Shown here piece after piece: positions 44,501 through 56,619 of a DNA stretch of 64,000 bases. Below the pieces are notes generated by a model. The model was not told where the DNA came from, made no database searches, and worked only from the letters and a program-made list of their open reading frames with translations. Within the stretch, counting starts at the first letter, position 1; every line of letters starts with the position of its first letter. Where the stretch lies: positions 10,478,001 to 10,542,000 of the forward strand of contig OZ176054.1 in the NCBI GenBank assembly GCA_964247055.1. Direction: 5' to 3'. The position numbers and the translations under genes are program-made. Source of the DNA: Paragordius varius. Its lineage: Eukaryota > Animalia > Nematomorpha.

Positions 44501-47500
44501 TCCGGAAACAGATCACAAATTATATGAAAAATCAGTTTTTAGCGGGTAGCTCCTTACCCGCCAGCTATCATCAAATAAACGGTAGACTAAAATTTTTGCC
44601 TTTTAACAGGGAATACGTGGAATCCATATAGAATTTTTACGGTCTCATACCTAGGGCGAAAAATCGATTTAAAAAATTATTTTTGTGGACTTTGTTTTTT
44701 GAGAAAGGTGGCATTTTACGGGGGGAGCGGGTAAAAAGAGGGCCTAAATCAAAAAAGTGACTCGACTATGTTCGGCGCAATCTAAAATAAGTAAACAAAA
44801 ATCATATTTGAAATTGAATGGTCCAACACGTTCTCCAAAAAATTGACTTAACCCATTTTTCACACAGGGTGGGCCCAAACTGGGGATCTAATTCCAAAAA
44901 AGGGCGAAGCTATTGTCGGGGCATTCATTAATGATTAAATTTTTTCGATGTTTGGATTTGATTGGGTTCACCGGTTTTCCGGAAACAGATCACAAAGTTA
45001 TATGAAAAATCAGTTTTTAGCGGGTAGCTCCTTACCCGCCAGCTATCATCAAATAAACGGTAGACTAAAATTTTTGCCTTTTAACAGGGAATACGTGGAA
45101 TCCATATAGAATTTTTACGGTCTCATACCTAGGGCGAAAAATCAATTTAAAAAATTATTTTTGTGGACTTTGTTTTTTGAAAAAATGGCATTTTACGGGG
45201 GGAGCGGGTAAAAAGAGGGCCTAAATCAAAAAAGTGACTCGACTATGTTCGGCGCAATCTAAAATAAGTAAACAAAAATCATATTTGAAATTGAATGGTC
45301 CAACACGTTCTCCAAAAAATTGACTTAACCCATTTTTCACACAGGGTGGGCCCAAACTGGGGACCTAATTCCAAAAAAGGGCGAAGCTATTGTCGGGGCA
45401 TTCATTAATGATTAAATTTTTTCGATGTTTGGATTTGATTGGGTTCACCGGTTTTCCGGAAACAGATCACAAAGTTATATGAAAAATCAGTTTATAGCGG
45501 GTAGCTCCTTACCCGCCAGCTATCATCAAATAAACGGTAGACTAAAATTTTTGCCTTTTAACAGGGAATACGTGGAATCCATATAGAATTTTTACGGTCT
45601 CATACCTAGGGCGAAAAATCGATTTAAAAAATTATTCTTGTGGACTTTGTTTTTTGAGAAAGGTGGCATTTTACGGGGGGAGCGGGTAAAAAGAGGGCCT
45701 AAATCAAAAAAGTGACTCGACTATGTTCGGCGCAATCTAAAATAAGTAAACAAAAATCATATTTGAAATTGAATGGTCCAACACGTTCTCCAAAAAATTG
45801 ACTTAACCCATTTTTCACACAGGGTGGGCCCAAACTGGGGACCTAATTCCAAAAAAGGGCGAAGCTATTGTCGGGGCATTCATTAATGATTAAATTTTTT
45901 CGATGTTTGGATTTGATTGGGTTCACCGGTTTTCCGGAAACAGATCACAAAGTTATATGAAAAATCAGTTTTTAGCGGGTAGCTCCTTACCCGCCAGCTA
46001 TCATCAAATAAACGGTAGACTAAAATTTTTGCCTTTTAACAGGGAATACGTGGAATCCATATAGAATTTTTACGGTCTCATACCTAGGGCGAAAAATCGA
46101 TTTAAAAAATTATTTTTGTGGACTTTGTTTTTTGAAAAAAATGGCATTTTACGGGGGGAGCGGGTAAAAAGAGGGCCTAAATCAAAAATGTGACTCGACT
46201 CTGTTCGGCGCAATCTAAAATAAGTAAACAAAAATCATATTTGAAATTGAATGGTCCAACACGTTCTCCAAAAAATTGACTTAACCCATTTTTCACACAG
46301 GGTGGGCCCAAACTGGGGACCTAATTCCAAAAAAGGGCGAAGCTATTGTCGGGGCATTCATTAATGATTAAATTTTTTCGATGTTTGGATTTGATTGGGT
46401 TCACCGGTTTTCCGGAAACAGATCACAAAGTTATATGAAAAATCAGTTTTTAGCGGGTAGCTCCTTACCCGCCAGCTATCATCAAATAAACGGTAGACTA
46501 AAATTTTTGCCTTTTAACAGGGAATACGTGGAATCCATATAGAATTTTTACGGTCTCATACCTAGGGCGAAAAATCGATTTAAAAAATTATTTTTGTGGA
46601 CTTTGTTTTTTGAAAAAAATGGCATTTTACGGGGGGAGCGGGTAAAAAGAGGGCCTAAATCAAAAATGTGACTCGACTATGTTCGGCGCAATCTAAAATA
46701 AGTAAACAAAAATCATATTTGAAATTGAATGGTCCAACACGTTCTCCAAAAAATTGACTTAACCCATTTTTCACACGGGGTGGGCCCAAACTGGGGACCT
46801 AATTCCAAAAAAGGGCGAAGCTATTGTCGGGGCATTCATTACTGATTAAATTTTTTCGATGTTTGGATTTGATTGGGTTCACCGGTTTTCCGGAAACAGA
46901 TCACAAAGTTATATGAAAAATCAGTTTTTAGCGCATAGCTCCTTACCCGCCAGCTATCATCAAATAAACGGTAGACTAAAATTTTTGCCTTTTAACAGGG
47001 AATACGTGAAATCCATATAGAATTTTTACGGTCTCATACCTAGGGCGAAAAATCGATTTAAAAAATTATTTTTGTGGACTTTGTTTTTTGAAAAAAATGG
47101 CATTTTACGGGGGGAGCGGGTAAAAAGAGGACCTAAATCAAAAAAGTGATTCGACTATGTTCGGCGCAATCTAAAATAAGTAAACAAAAATCATATTTGA
47201 AATTGAATGGTCCAACACGTTCTCCAAAAAATTGACTTAACCCATTTTTCACACGGGGTGGGCCCAAACTGGGGACCTAATTCCAAAAAAGGGCGAAGCT
47301 ATTGTCGGGGCATTCATTAATGATTAAATTTTTTCGATGTTTGGATTTGATTGGGTTCACCGGTTTTCCGGAAACAGATCACAAAGTTATATGAAAAATC
47401 AGTTTATAGCGGGTAGCTCCTTACCCGCCAGCTATCATCAAATAAACGGTAGACTAAAATTTTTGCCTTTTAACAGGGAATACGTGGAATCCATATAGAA

Positions 47501-50500
47501 TTTTTACGGTCTCATACCTAGGGCGAAAAATCGATTTAAAAAATTATTTTTGTGGACTTTGTTTTTTGAGAAAGGTGGCATTTTACGGGGGGAGCGGGTA
47601 AAAAGAGGGCCTAAATCAAAAAAGTGACTCGACTATGTTCGGCGCAATCTAAAATAAGTAAACAAAAATCATATTTGAAATTGAATGGTCCAACACGTTC
47701 TCCAAAAAATTGACTTAACCCATTTTTCACACAGGGTGGGCCCAAACTGGGGACCTAATTCCAAAAAAGGGCGAAGCTATTGTCGGGGCATTCATTAATG
47801 ATTAAATTTTTTCGATGTTTGGATTTGATTGGGTTCACCGGTTTTCCGGAAACAGATCACAAAGTTATATGAAAAATCAGTTTTTAGCGGGTAGCTCCTT
47901 ACCCGCCAGCTATCATCAAATAAACGGTAGACTAAAATTTTTGCCTTTTAACAGGGAATACGTGGAATCCATATAGAATTTTTACGGTCTCATACCTAGG
48001 GCGAAAAATCGATTTAAAAAATTATTTTTGTGGACTTTGTTTTTTGAAAAAAATGGCATTTTACGGGGGGAGCGGGTAAAAAGAGGACCTAAATCAAAAA
48101 AGTGACTCGACTATGTTCGGCGCAATCTAAAATAAGTAAACAAAAATCATATTTGAAATTGAATGGTCCAACACGTTCTCCAAAAAATTGACTTAACCCA
48201 TTTTTCACACGGGGTGGGCCCAAACTGGGGACCTAATTCCAAAAAAGGGCGAAGCTATTGTCGGGGCATTCATTAATGATTAAATTTTTTCGATGTTTGG
48301 ATTTGATTGGGTTCACCGGTTTTCCGGAAACAGATCACAAAGTTATATGAAAAATCAGTTTATAGCGGGTAGCTCCTTACCCGCCAGCTATCATCAAATA
48401 AACGGTAGACTAAAATTTTTGCCTTTTAACAGGGAATACGTGGAATCCATATAGAATTTTTACGGTCTCATACCTAGGGCGAAAAATCGATTTAAAAAAT
48501 TATTTTTGTGGACTTTGTTTTTTGAGAAAGGTGGCATTTTACGGGGGGAGCGGGTAAAAAGAGGGCCTAAATCAAAAAAGTGACTCGACTATGTTCGGCG
48601 CAATCTAAAATAAGTAAACAAAAATCATATTTGAAATTGAATGGTCCAACACGTTCTCCAAAAAATTGACTTAACCCATTTTTCACACAGGGTGGGCCCA
48701 AACTGGGGACCTAATTCCAAAAAAGGGCGAAGCTATTGTCGGGGCATTCATTAATGATTAAATTTTTTCGATGTTTGGATTTGATTGGGTTCACCGGTTT
48801 TCCGGAAACAGATCACAAAGTTATATGAAAAATCAGTTTTTAGCGGGTAGATCCTTACCCGCCAGCTATCATCAAATAAACGGTAGACTAAAATTTTTGC
48901 CTTTTAACAGGGAATACGTGGAATCCATATAGAATTTTTACGGTCTCATACCTAGGGCGAAAAATCGATTTAAAAAATTATTTTTGTGGACTTTGTTTTT
49001 TGAAAAAAATGGCATTTTACGGGGGGAGCGGGTAAAAAGAGGACCTAAATCAAAAAAGTGACTCGACTATGTTCGGCGCAATCTAAAATAAGTAAACAAA
49101 AATCATATTTGAAATTGAATGGTCCAACACGTTCTCCAAAAAATTGACTTAACCCATTTTTCACACGGGGTGGGCCCAAACTGGGGACCTAATTCCAAAA
49201 AAGGGCGAAGCTATTGTCGGGGCATTCATTAATGATTAAATTTTTTCGATGTTTGGATTTGATTGGGTTCACCGGTTTTCCGGAAACAGATCACAAAGTT
49301 ATATGAAAAATCAGTTTTTAGCGGGTAGCTCCTTATCCGCCAGCTATCATCAAATAAACGGTAGACTAAAATTTTTGCCTTTTAACAGGGAATACGTGGA
49401 ATCCATATAGAATTTTTACGGTCTCATACCTAGGGCGAAAAATCGATTTAAAAAATTATTTTTGTGGACTTTGTTTTTTGAAAAAAATGGCATTTTACGG
49501 GGGGAGCGGGTAAAAAGAGGACCTAAATCAAAAAAGTGACTCGACTATGTTCGGCGCAATCTAAAATAAGTAAACAAAAATCATATTTGAAATTGAATGG
49601 TCCAACACGTTCTCCAAAAAATTGACTTAACCCATTTTTCACACAGGGTGGGCCCAAACTGGGGACCTAATTCCAAAAAAGGGCGAAGCTATTGTCGGGG
49701 CATTCATTAATGATTAAATTTTTTCGATGTTTGGATTTGATTGGGTTCACCGGTTTTCCGGAAACAGATCACAAAGTTATATGAAAAATCAGTTTTTAGC
49801 GGGTAGCTCCTTATCCGCCAGCTATCATCAAATAAACGGTAGACTAAAATTTTTGCCTTTTAACAGGGAATACGTGGAATCCATATAGAATTTTTACGGT
49901 CTCATACCTAGGGCGAAAAATCGATTTAAAAAATTATTTTTGTGGACTTTGTTTTTTGAAAAAATGGCATTTTACGGGGGGAGCGGGTAAAAAGAGGGCC
50001 TAAATCAAAAAAGTGACTCGACTATGTTCGGCGCAATCTAAAATAAGTAAACAAAAATCATATTTGAAATTGAATGGTCCAACACGTTCTCCAAAAAATT
50101 GACTTAACCCATTTTTCACACGGGGTGGGCCCAAACTGGGGACCTAATTCCAAAAAAGGGCGAAGCTATTGTCGGGGCATTCATTAATGATTAAATTTTT
50201 TCGATGTTTGGATTTGATTGGGTTCACCGGTTTTCCGGAAACAGATCACAAAGTTATATGAAAAATCAGTTTTTAGCGGGTAGCTCCTTACCCGCCAGCT
50301 ATCATCAAATAAACGGTAGACTAAAATTTTTGCCTTTTAACAGGGAATACGTGAAATCCATATAGAATTTTTACGGTCTCATACCTAGGGCGAAAAATCG
50401 ATTTAAAAAATTATTTTTGTGGACTTTGTTTTTTGAAAAAAATGGCATTTTACGGGGGGAGCGGGTAAAAAGAGGGCCTAAATCAAAAATGTGACTCGAC

Positions 50501-52135
50501 TATGTTCGGCGCAATCTAAAATAAGTAAACAAAAATCATATTTGAAATTGAATGGTCCAACACGTTCTCCAAAAAATTGACTTAACCCATTTTTCACACG
50601 GGGTGGGCCCAAACTGGGGACCTAATTCCAAAAAAGGGCGAAGCTATTGTCGGGGCATTCATTAATGATTAAATTTTTTCGATGTTTGGATTTGATTGGG
50701 TTCACCGGTTTTCCGGAAACAGATCACAAAGTTATATGAAAAATCAGTTTTTAGCGGGTAGCTCCTTACCCGCCAGCTATCATCAAATAAACGGTAGACT
50801 AAAATTTTTGCCTTTTAACAGGGAATACGTGGAATCCATATAGAATTTTTACGGTCTCATACCTAGGGCGAAAAATCGATTTAAAAAATTATTTTTGTGG
50901 ACTTTGTTTTTTGAAAAAAATGGCATTTTACGGGGGGAGCGGGTAAAAAGAGGGCCTAAATCAAAAATGTGACTCGACTATGTTCGGCGCAATCTAAAAT
51001 AAGTAAACAAAAATCATATTTGAAATTGAATGGTCCAACACGTTCTCCAAAAAATTGACTTAACCCATTTTTCACACAGGGTGGGCCCAAACTGGGGACC
51101 TAATTCCAAAAAAGGGCGAAGCTATTGTCGGGGCATTCATTAATGATTAAATTTTTTCGATGTTTGGATTTGATTGGGTTCACCGGTTTTCCGGAAACAG
51201 ATCACAAAGTTATATGAAAAATCAGTTTTTAGCGGGTAGCTCCTTACCCGCCAGCTATCATCAAATAAACGGTAGACTAAAATTTTTGCCTTTTAACAGG
51301 GAATACGTGGAATCCATATAGAATTTTTACGGTCTCATACCTAGGGCGAAAAATCGATTTAAAAAATTATTTTTGTGGACTTTGTTTTTTGAAAAAAATG
51401 GCATTTTACGGGGGGAGCGGGTAAAAAGAGGGCCTAAATCAAAAATGTGACTCGACTATGTTCGGCGCAATCTAAAATAAGTAAACAAAAATCATATTTG
51501 AAATTGAATGGTCCAACACGTTCTCCAAATTGACTTAACCCATTTTTCACACGGGGTGGGCCCAAACTGGGGACCTAATTCCAAAAAAGGGCGAAGCTAT
51601 TGTCGGGGCATTCATTAATGATTAAATTTTTTCGATGTTTGGATTTGATTGGGTTCACCGGTTTTCCGGAAACAGATCACAAAGTTATATGAAAAATCAG
51701 TTTTTAGCGGGTAGCTCCTTACCCGCCAGCTATCATCAAATAAACGGTAGACTAAAATTTTTGCCTTTTAACAGGGAATACGTGGAATCCATATAGAATT
51801 TTTACGGTCTCATACCTAGGGCGAAAAATCGATTTAAAAAATTATTTTTGTGGACTTTGTTTTTTGAAAAAAATGGCATTTTACGGGGGGAGCGGGTAAA
51901 AAGAGGGCCTAAATCAAAAATGTGACTCGACTATGTTCGGCGCAATCTAAAATAAGTAAACAAAAATCATATTTGAAATTGAATGGTCCAACACGTTCTC
52001 CAAAAAATTGACTTAACCCATTTTTCACACAGGGTGGGCCCAAACTGGGGACCTAATTCCAAAAAAGGGCGAAGCTATTGTCGGGGCATTCATTAATGAT
52101 TAAATTTTTTCGATGTTTGGATTTGATTGGGTTCA
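1..52135. repeat. Tandem satellite DNA array, ~108 head-to-tail monomers (mostly ~477-480 bp type A); runs off the left edge of the window
   Basis: The unit TAGGGCGAAAAATCGATTT...GAATTTTTACG(G/T)TCTCATACC recurs continuously (starts at 1, 479, 1011, 1489 ... 5518, 5996, 6472, 6950, 7428, 7905 ... 51817). Copies differ only by a few SNPs and homopolymer lengths. The last unit breaks off after ...GATTGGGTTCA at 52135. Monomer count is estimated from spacing. Confidence 0.98.
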
Positions 52136-52925
52136 TCTTGAAGTTAAAATGGGATCTATAAATTACGTAGCAAACAGCCGTCCTGAGATTTTTTCGCTCT
52201 TGAGAATCGATTATTTATATAAATCCTGGATAAAATTTTGATTTTTCTACTGAAAAAACTAAGCTTAAGTGAAAAAAAAACAAAAGTCGTATTTCGATAC
52301 ATTACTTTAATTTGATAATACTAAATAAGTCAAATGATTTGATGTCAGAATTTATTTATTTAGAAGTCAAATAATTGTGTCGTACCCATCAAGGTTAACA
52401 AGCCCCAAACTAATATACCATTACCATCGATTGTGTTCACAGATCATCGTGTTTTGTTGTATAAATGGTCTATTTATATTTATTTGAACATAAACAATTA
52501 TAAATATGATTTAACGCATACAGAAAATAGTCGATTGTTTTGTTTAAGTTATTTTTATGTGTTTTGATCCTACGGATATTCCCAAATACATTCACCATTA
52601 GTTAGATGGCCTGTTTTTAATTTTTTTATTTATTGAAATTTTAAAAAAACTAATTAAAAATTTTATAGTAAATAAATGTGATCAATTAAGGAATCAAGTG
52701 CGAATTGACTGGATTTTGTCTTTCAGTTAAACGAATAATACATAAATAAATTCGGATTAATAAACATAGAAGGTAATGTTTAAGTAAATTACGAAAACAT
52801 ACTTACATCCTTATGCTTATGTTTAATGCTAAATTTTTACAGTAAATATCCCGAAGAAAGTCCTATTTATAGATATGATTTAAAAATGTTGCAAAACAAT
52901 TATAAACATAAATATTATTTTATTC

Positions 52926-53071
52926 TCTCACACTCAAAGTTTGTTAGATTAATCGCATTCATAAAAATTCAAATTATATATAGTTTGCATTCTATAATTT
53001 AGTAAATCTCACACTCAAAGTTTGTTAGATTAATCGCATTCATAAAAATTCAAATTATATATAGTTTGCAT
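52926..53071. repeat. Identical 65-bp direct duplication separated by 16 bp
   Basis: TCTCACACTCAAAGTTTGTTAGATT...TATAGTTTGCAT occurs at 52926-52990 and 53007-53071. Confidence 0.95.
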
Positions 53072-54193
53072 GAATTTTGACTGCATTAACATTATTTTTT
53101 TCAAACACATTATAAACTTTAACCTGATAAATAAATAGTTTTATTTTTATTTTATTAAGCTTTAATTGAGCACATTTTATTTGACATGAATTAACGAGAA
53201 CAGCTTGCCCACACATGTATTTTCAAGGCAAAAAGTCCCATCCTGATCCCATAATACATTAATAAGATATATTGTTTCGTACATTCATGATATTCCTTAA
53301 ATTGTTGGAATTTAGAAGCGATATTACACCAATAATATTACGAGTAAACGGATTATGTAAAATGAAGATATAAAGTTAAGTATATTTTAGTAAAATAGCG
53401 AATTTATTAGCACAAATCAAAATGTACTATACTCCATTTTGACTTTAACTTTTAGTAGAGAATATAATATGGTTTGCCTATAAAATTTAACTGGCATCAT
53501 GCAATCATTTCGAAGCTAATGAAAAGTATTTATATTAATTTAAAACAATTGAATCCGAGATAGAATACATATTAGTTTATGAACAAAATCTCTAAGATTT
53601 ATGCTTAAAGACCTGCTAAGAAACCAAATAATTTTCGGATAAATCCTTATTATGTAATAATATATTTAAAAAGGGTAAAACATTGGCTTTTAAAACTTCT
53701 TCCAATAGTGGGCCCTCTCGATATTAACGATTTTTTTCATTTGTACATGCGATTTGGAAAAGTTATTTTATTAGTACTGTAACCACCCCCAAAAATTACC
53801 TTTTTTCGCAATAAAACTAAGTTTCCACAAATATTTGTTATAAACATGTGAAATAGGATAAATAATACTGATCCAAAGTATTTCCTTTATTATAGTCGAG
53901 CGTTTTTTTGAATAAACCCTGGATAGAATCTGTCCTTTAATAAACACCCCATTATCCTATAAAAAATCGTAGTAAATATCATTTTAAAACATGTGTAGCA
54001 ACAATTTAAATGGTAACTTTAGATTTCTTTTATAAATGCGCCGCTCATAGCCTGGTTGCTGTAATATGAACCTTATTGAAAAAACGTCATAGCGTGCTTT
54101 ACAGAGCACTAAATATATAAAATTTCTCATTGTTAAAGAATTTAATTACAAATTCAACAATGTTACCATGTTCTTTAACTTATATATATAATA

Positions 54194-54244
54194 CTAGCGT
54201 AAATCTCGTGCTGCTACGCAGCCCGAGGAAGTCCTTCGGACTTC
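54194..54244 (-). other. Helitron-type 3' terminus: two adjacent hairpins plus CTAG
   Basis: Hairpin 1 is at 54205-54227 (4+5 bp stem, one mismatch, 3-nt loop). Hairpin 2 is at 54228-54244, GAAGTCC-TTC-GGACTTC (perfect 7-bp stem). Confidence 0.8.
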
Positions 54245-54245
54245 T

Positions 54246-54265
54246 GGGGGGGGGGGGGGGGGGGG
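54246..54265 (+). repeat. G20 homopolymer inside the Helitron-like element
   Basis: 20 consecutive G next to the terminal hairpins. Confidence 0.9.
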
Positions 54266-54394
54266 AGGGCTATTTGAAAGGGACAATAAAATGATCCACA
54301 TATGTGGATTACTTTGAAACATTATTCAATAGATATGATTTTAGAGGAATTTTAAAACGGTGCATTCATACTAATATATTGTTTACTTGGAAGA

Positions 54395-55306
54395 AAAATT
54401 GTGGATTTTGTTTTTTGAAAAAAATGGCATTTTACAGGGGGAGCGGGTAAAAAGAGGGCCTAAATCAAAAAAGCGAGACGACTATGTTCGGCGCAATCAA
54501 ATGTAAGTAAACAAAAATCAGTTTTGAAATTGAATGATCCAACACGTTTCCCAGAAAATTGTCTCAAAGACACGATTTTTGGGGACTTCTGTTTACAAAA
54601 AAAACCGTTTTTCACACGTGGTGGGCCCGAACTGGGGGCCTATTTCAAAAAAGGGGCGAATCTATTGTCGGGGCATTCATTAATAATTATATTTTTTCGA
54701 AGTTTGAATTTGAATGGGTCTACCGGTTTTCTGGTACCAGATCACAAAGCCAGCATTTTCCATTTTTATAAATATATAGATTACCATAAATAATGTTTTA
54801 TTATCCATATATTTTTTAACATCCTATGCATTTGATAGATACTCCTTACTCAGCAGCTATCATCAAAGGAACGCTTGATTAAAATTTTTGCCTTTTGACA
54901 GGGAATACGAAAAATCCTTATTAAATTTTTACAATCTCATACCTTGGGCAAAAAATACAATCAAAAAATTATTTTTGTGGACTTTGTTTTTTTTGAAAAA
55001 AATGGCATTTTACGGGGGTAGCGGGTAAAAAGAGGGCCTAAATCAAAAAAGTGAGTCGACTATGTTCGGCGCGATCTAAGTAAACAAAAATCATATTTGA
55101 AATTGAATGGTCCAACACGTTCTCCGGAAAATTGTCTCAACCTGTTTTTTACACGGGGCCCGAACTGGAGGCCTATTTTAAAAAAAGGGCGAAGCTATTG
55201 TCGGGGTATTCATTAATTATATTTATTCGAAGTTTGAATTTATATGGGTCTACCGGTTTTCCGGTACCAGATCACAAAGCCAGCATTTTCCATTTTTATA
55301 AATATA
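54395..55306. repeat. About 1.7 diverged copies of the type B satellite unit forming the 5' part of the Helitron-like element
   Basis: Colinear, same-orientation homology to the array monomer (GTGGA..TTGTTTTTTGAAAAAAATGGCATTTTAC, GACTATGTTCGGCGC, CTATTGTCGGGG, CCAGATCACAAAGCCAGCATTTTCC) with many more substitutions and indels than array copies. Confidence 0.95.
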
Positions 55307-56334
55307 CACTAGTCGACAAATTTGGACATTTTTGATCCCACCAATCAGAATTTTGAAATATTATATATAGATTTTCGATTTTTCAAATACAAGAGAAAAT
55401 CGAGAGAAAATTAAAAATAACTTTATAATAAAATAATAATATATTATAAACTTAATATTATTTAATAAAGCGTTTTAAACTCTATCGTTTGAATATAAAT
55501 ATGTCATTTAAATATCAGAGAGAAAAAAATAGTACCGACTTAAACGTCAAAATTCCGTCTTTTTTTCAAGTTAATTTTAAACACCTATAAATATATATTA
55601 AAAAATATTAAAAGAGGCATTCTATGGTTTAAACCTTCGGCTTTCAAATAGGCTATATTTTTTTTGTTTTTTTTTGTTCTTTCGAGTATTTATTAGGCTT
55701 TTTCTTTTGAGTTGATTCTTACAAAAAATTCTTTATTTATACCTAGTGTACTTATTTTTCAAATTTATTGGTTGTTCTATTTGAATTTCAGATGGATGTT
55801 GTGTAGCCACTTTTAATAGAATTTAATGTTAGGGGATTGGACCATTTGTATTTACCTAATCTTTTTAATCGATTTAATTGTAGAATTTGTCAAACTTTAT
55901 TCTGTGAATTGGTTAATTTGACATGTCAATTTGCCTGGATTTTGCTTGCAAGTCTCTTTTATCGGGCTTTACGATTACTTATTGTTATCTTTGCCATATC
56001 TGGCATAATTATAGGATCGCTTGGGGGATATGTAGAGCTTGTGCAGCCGCCCGGATCTATCACACTATACATAAGCCCTTTTAGATTTTTAATACTTTGG
56101 CTCTTAGCTTGTTTAGTATCTTATTTAATGCCTAGAATTTTGTTATTCATGCAAATAAATATTTTGTACAAATTTTAGTGTTGATTATAGTCTATATCTT
56201 TGTATTACTTCCACAAAAAATTGTATAAATAGATATTAATATTATTCTCAATATATACATTTTCTTTTTAACTACAAATTTTAATATATTCAATAAAATG
56301 AATATTTATTTATTGTATATATTTAAAATAATAA

Positions 56335-56619
56335 TTATATGGCATTAAAATTCCAGATAAAATCAGATATCATGTTAATATTGTTTCGCGCGTTGTATCT
56401 TGCTTCAAATCTTTTTATATCCTGGTGCATTCGCTCGCCTATTTCATCGCTAATGTTATTGAACGGGAATTTTTCAATATGTTAATCTATTATGTGTAGC
56501 TTCATGGTCATTTTACAGCCTACATTTTATAAAATAATATGCCCATCCGATGATAACTTTCTACAAGCTCCTGAGCTAATATTTTATAATCCTCTTTATA
56601 AAAAGTTTTCCAGTATTAA
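56335..56619 (-). pseudogene. Relic of a Chapaev3-like transposase C-terminus, with a 23-nt intron
   Basis: Translation: ENFL / YKEDYKILAQELVESYHRMG^CKMTMKLHIID*HIEKFPFNNISDEIGERMHQDIKRFEARYNARNNINMISDFIWNFNAI*. This matches the remembered Chapaev3-type motif NFLG..MGCNMSLKIHFLHSHLDFFP..SDEHGERFHQDI..MEKRYQG..ADYCW, including the H(x4)H signature. There is an in-frame TAA at 56484-56482 and a frameshift near 56600. Confidence 0.8.
56520..56542 (-). other. Putative 23-nt GC-AG intron (phase 1) in the Chapaev-like relic
   Basis: GCATATTATTTTATAAAATGTAG interrupts the conserved MG-C motif (ATG G|GC TGT). Removing exactly 23 nt restores the frame. Confidence 0.7.

Noticed and set aside
1-52135. 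CRISPR array, 5S rDNA or tRNA/SL-RNA tandem array
   Set aside because: No unique spacers and no cas genes. Only an 8-nt GGGAATAC resemblance to 5S rRNA, weak A/B-box-like strings and no cloverleaf.
54194-54780. A separate 587-bp Helitron starting at the internal TC (54780)
   Set aside because: Satellite homology continues past 54781 and ends only at the TC at 56981, so 54780 is better read as an internal duplicated terminus. It cannot be fully excluded.
54524-55335. ORFs of 67-89 aa
   Set aside because: They lie in diverged satellite units and are the same chance frames.
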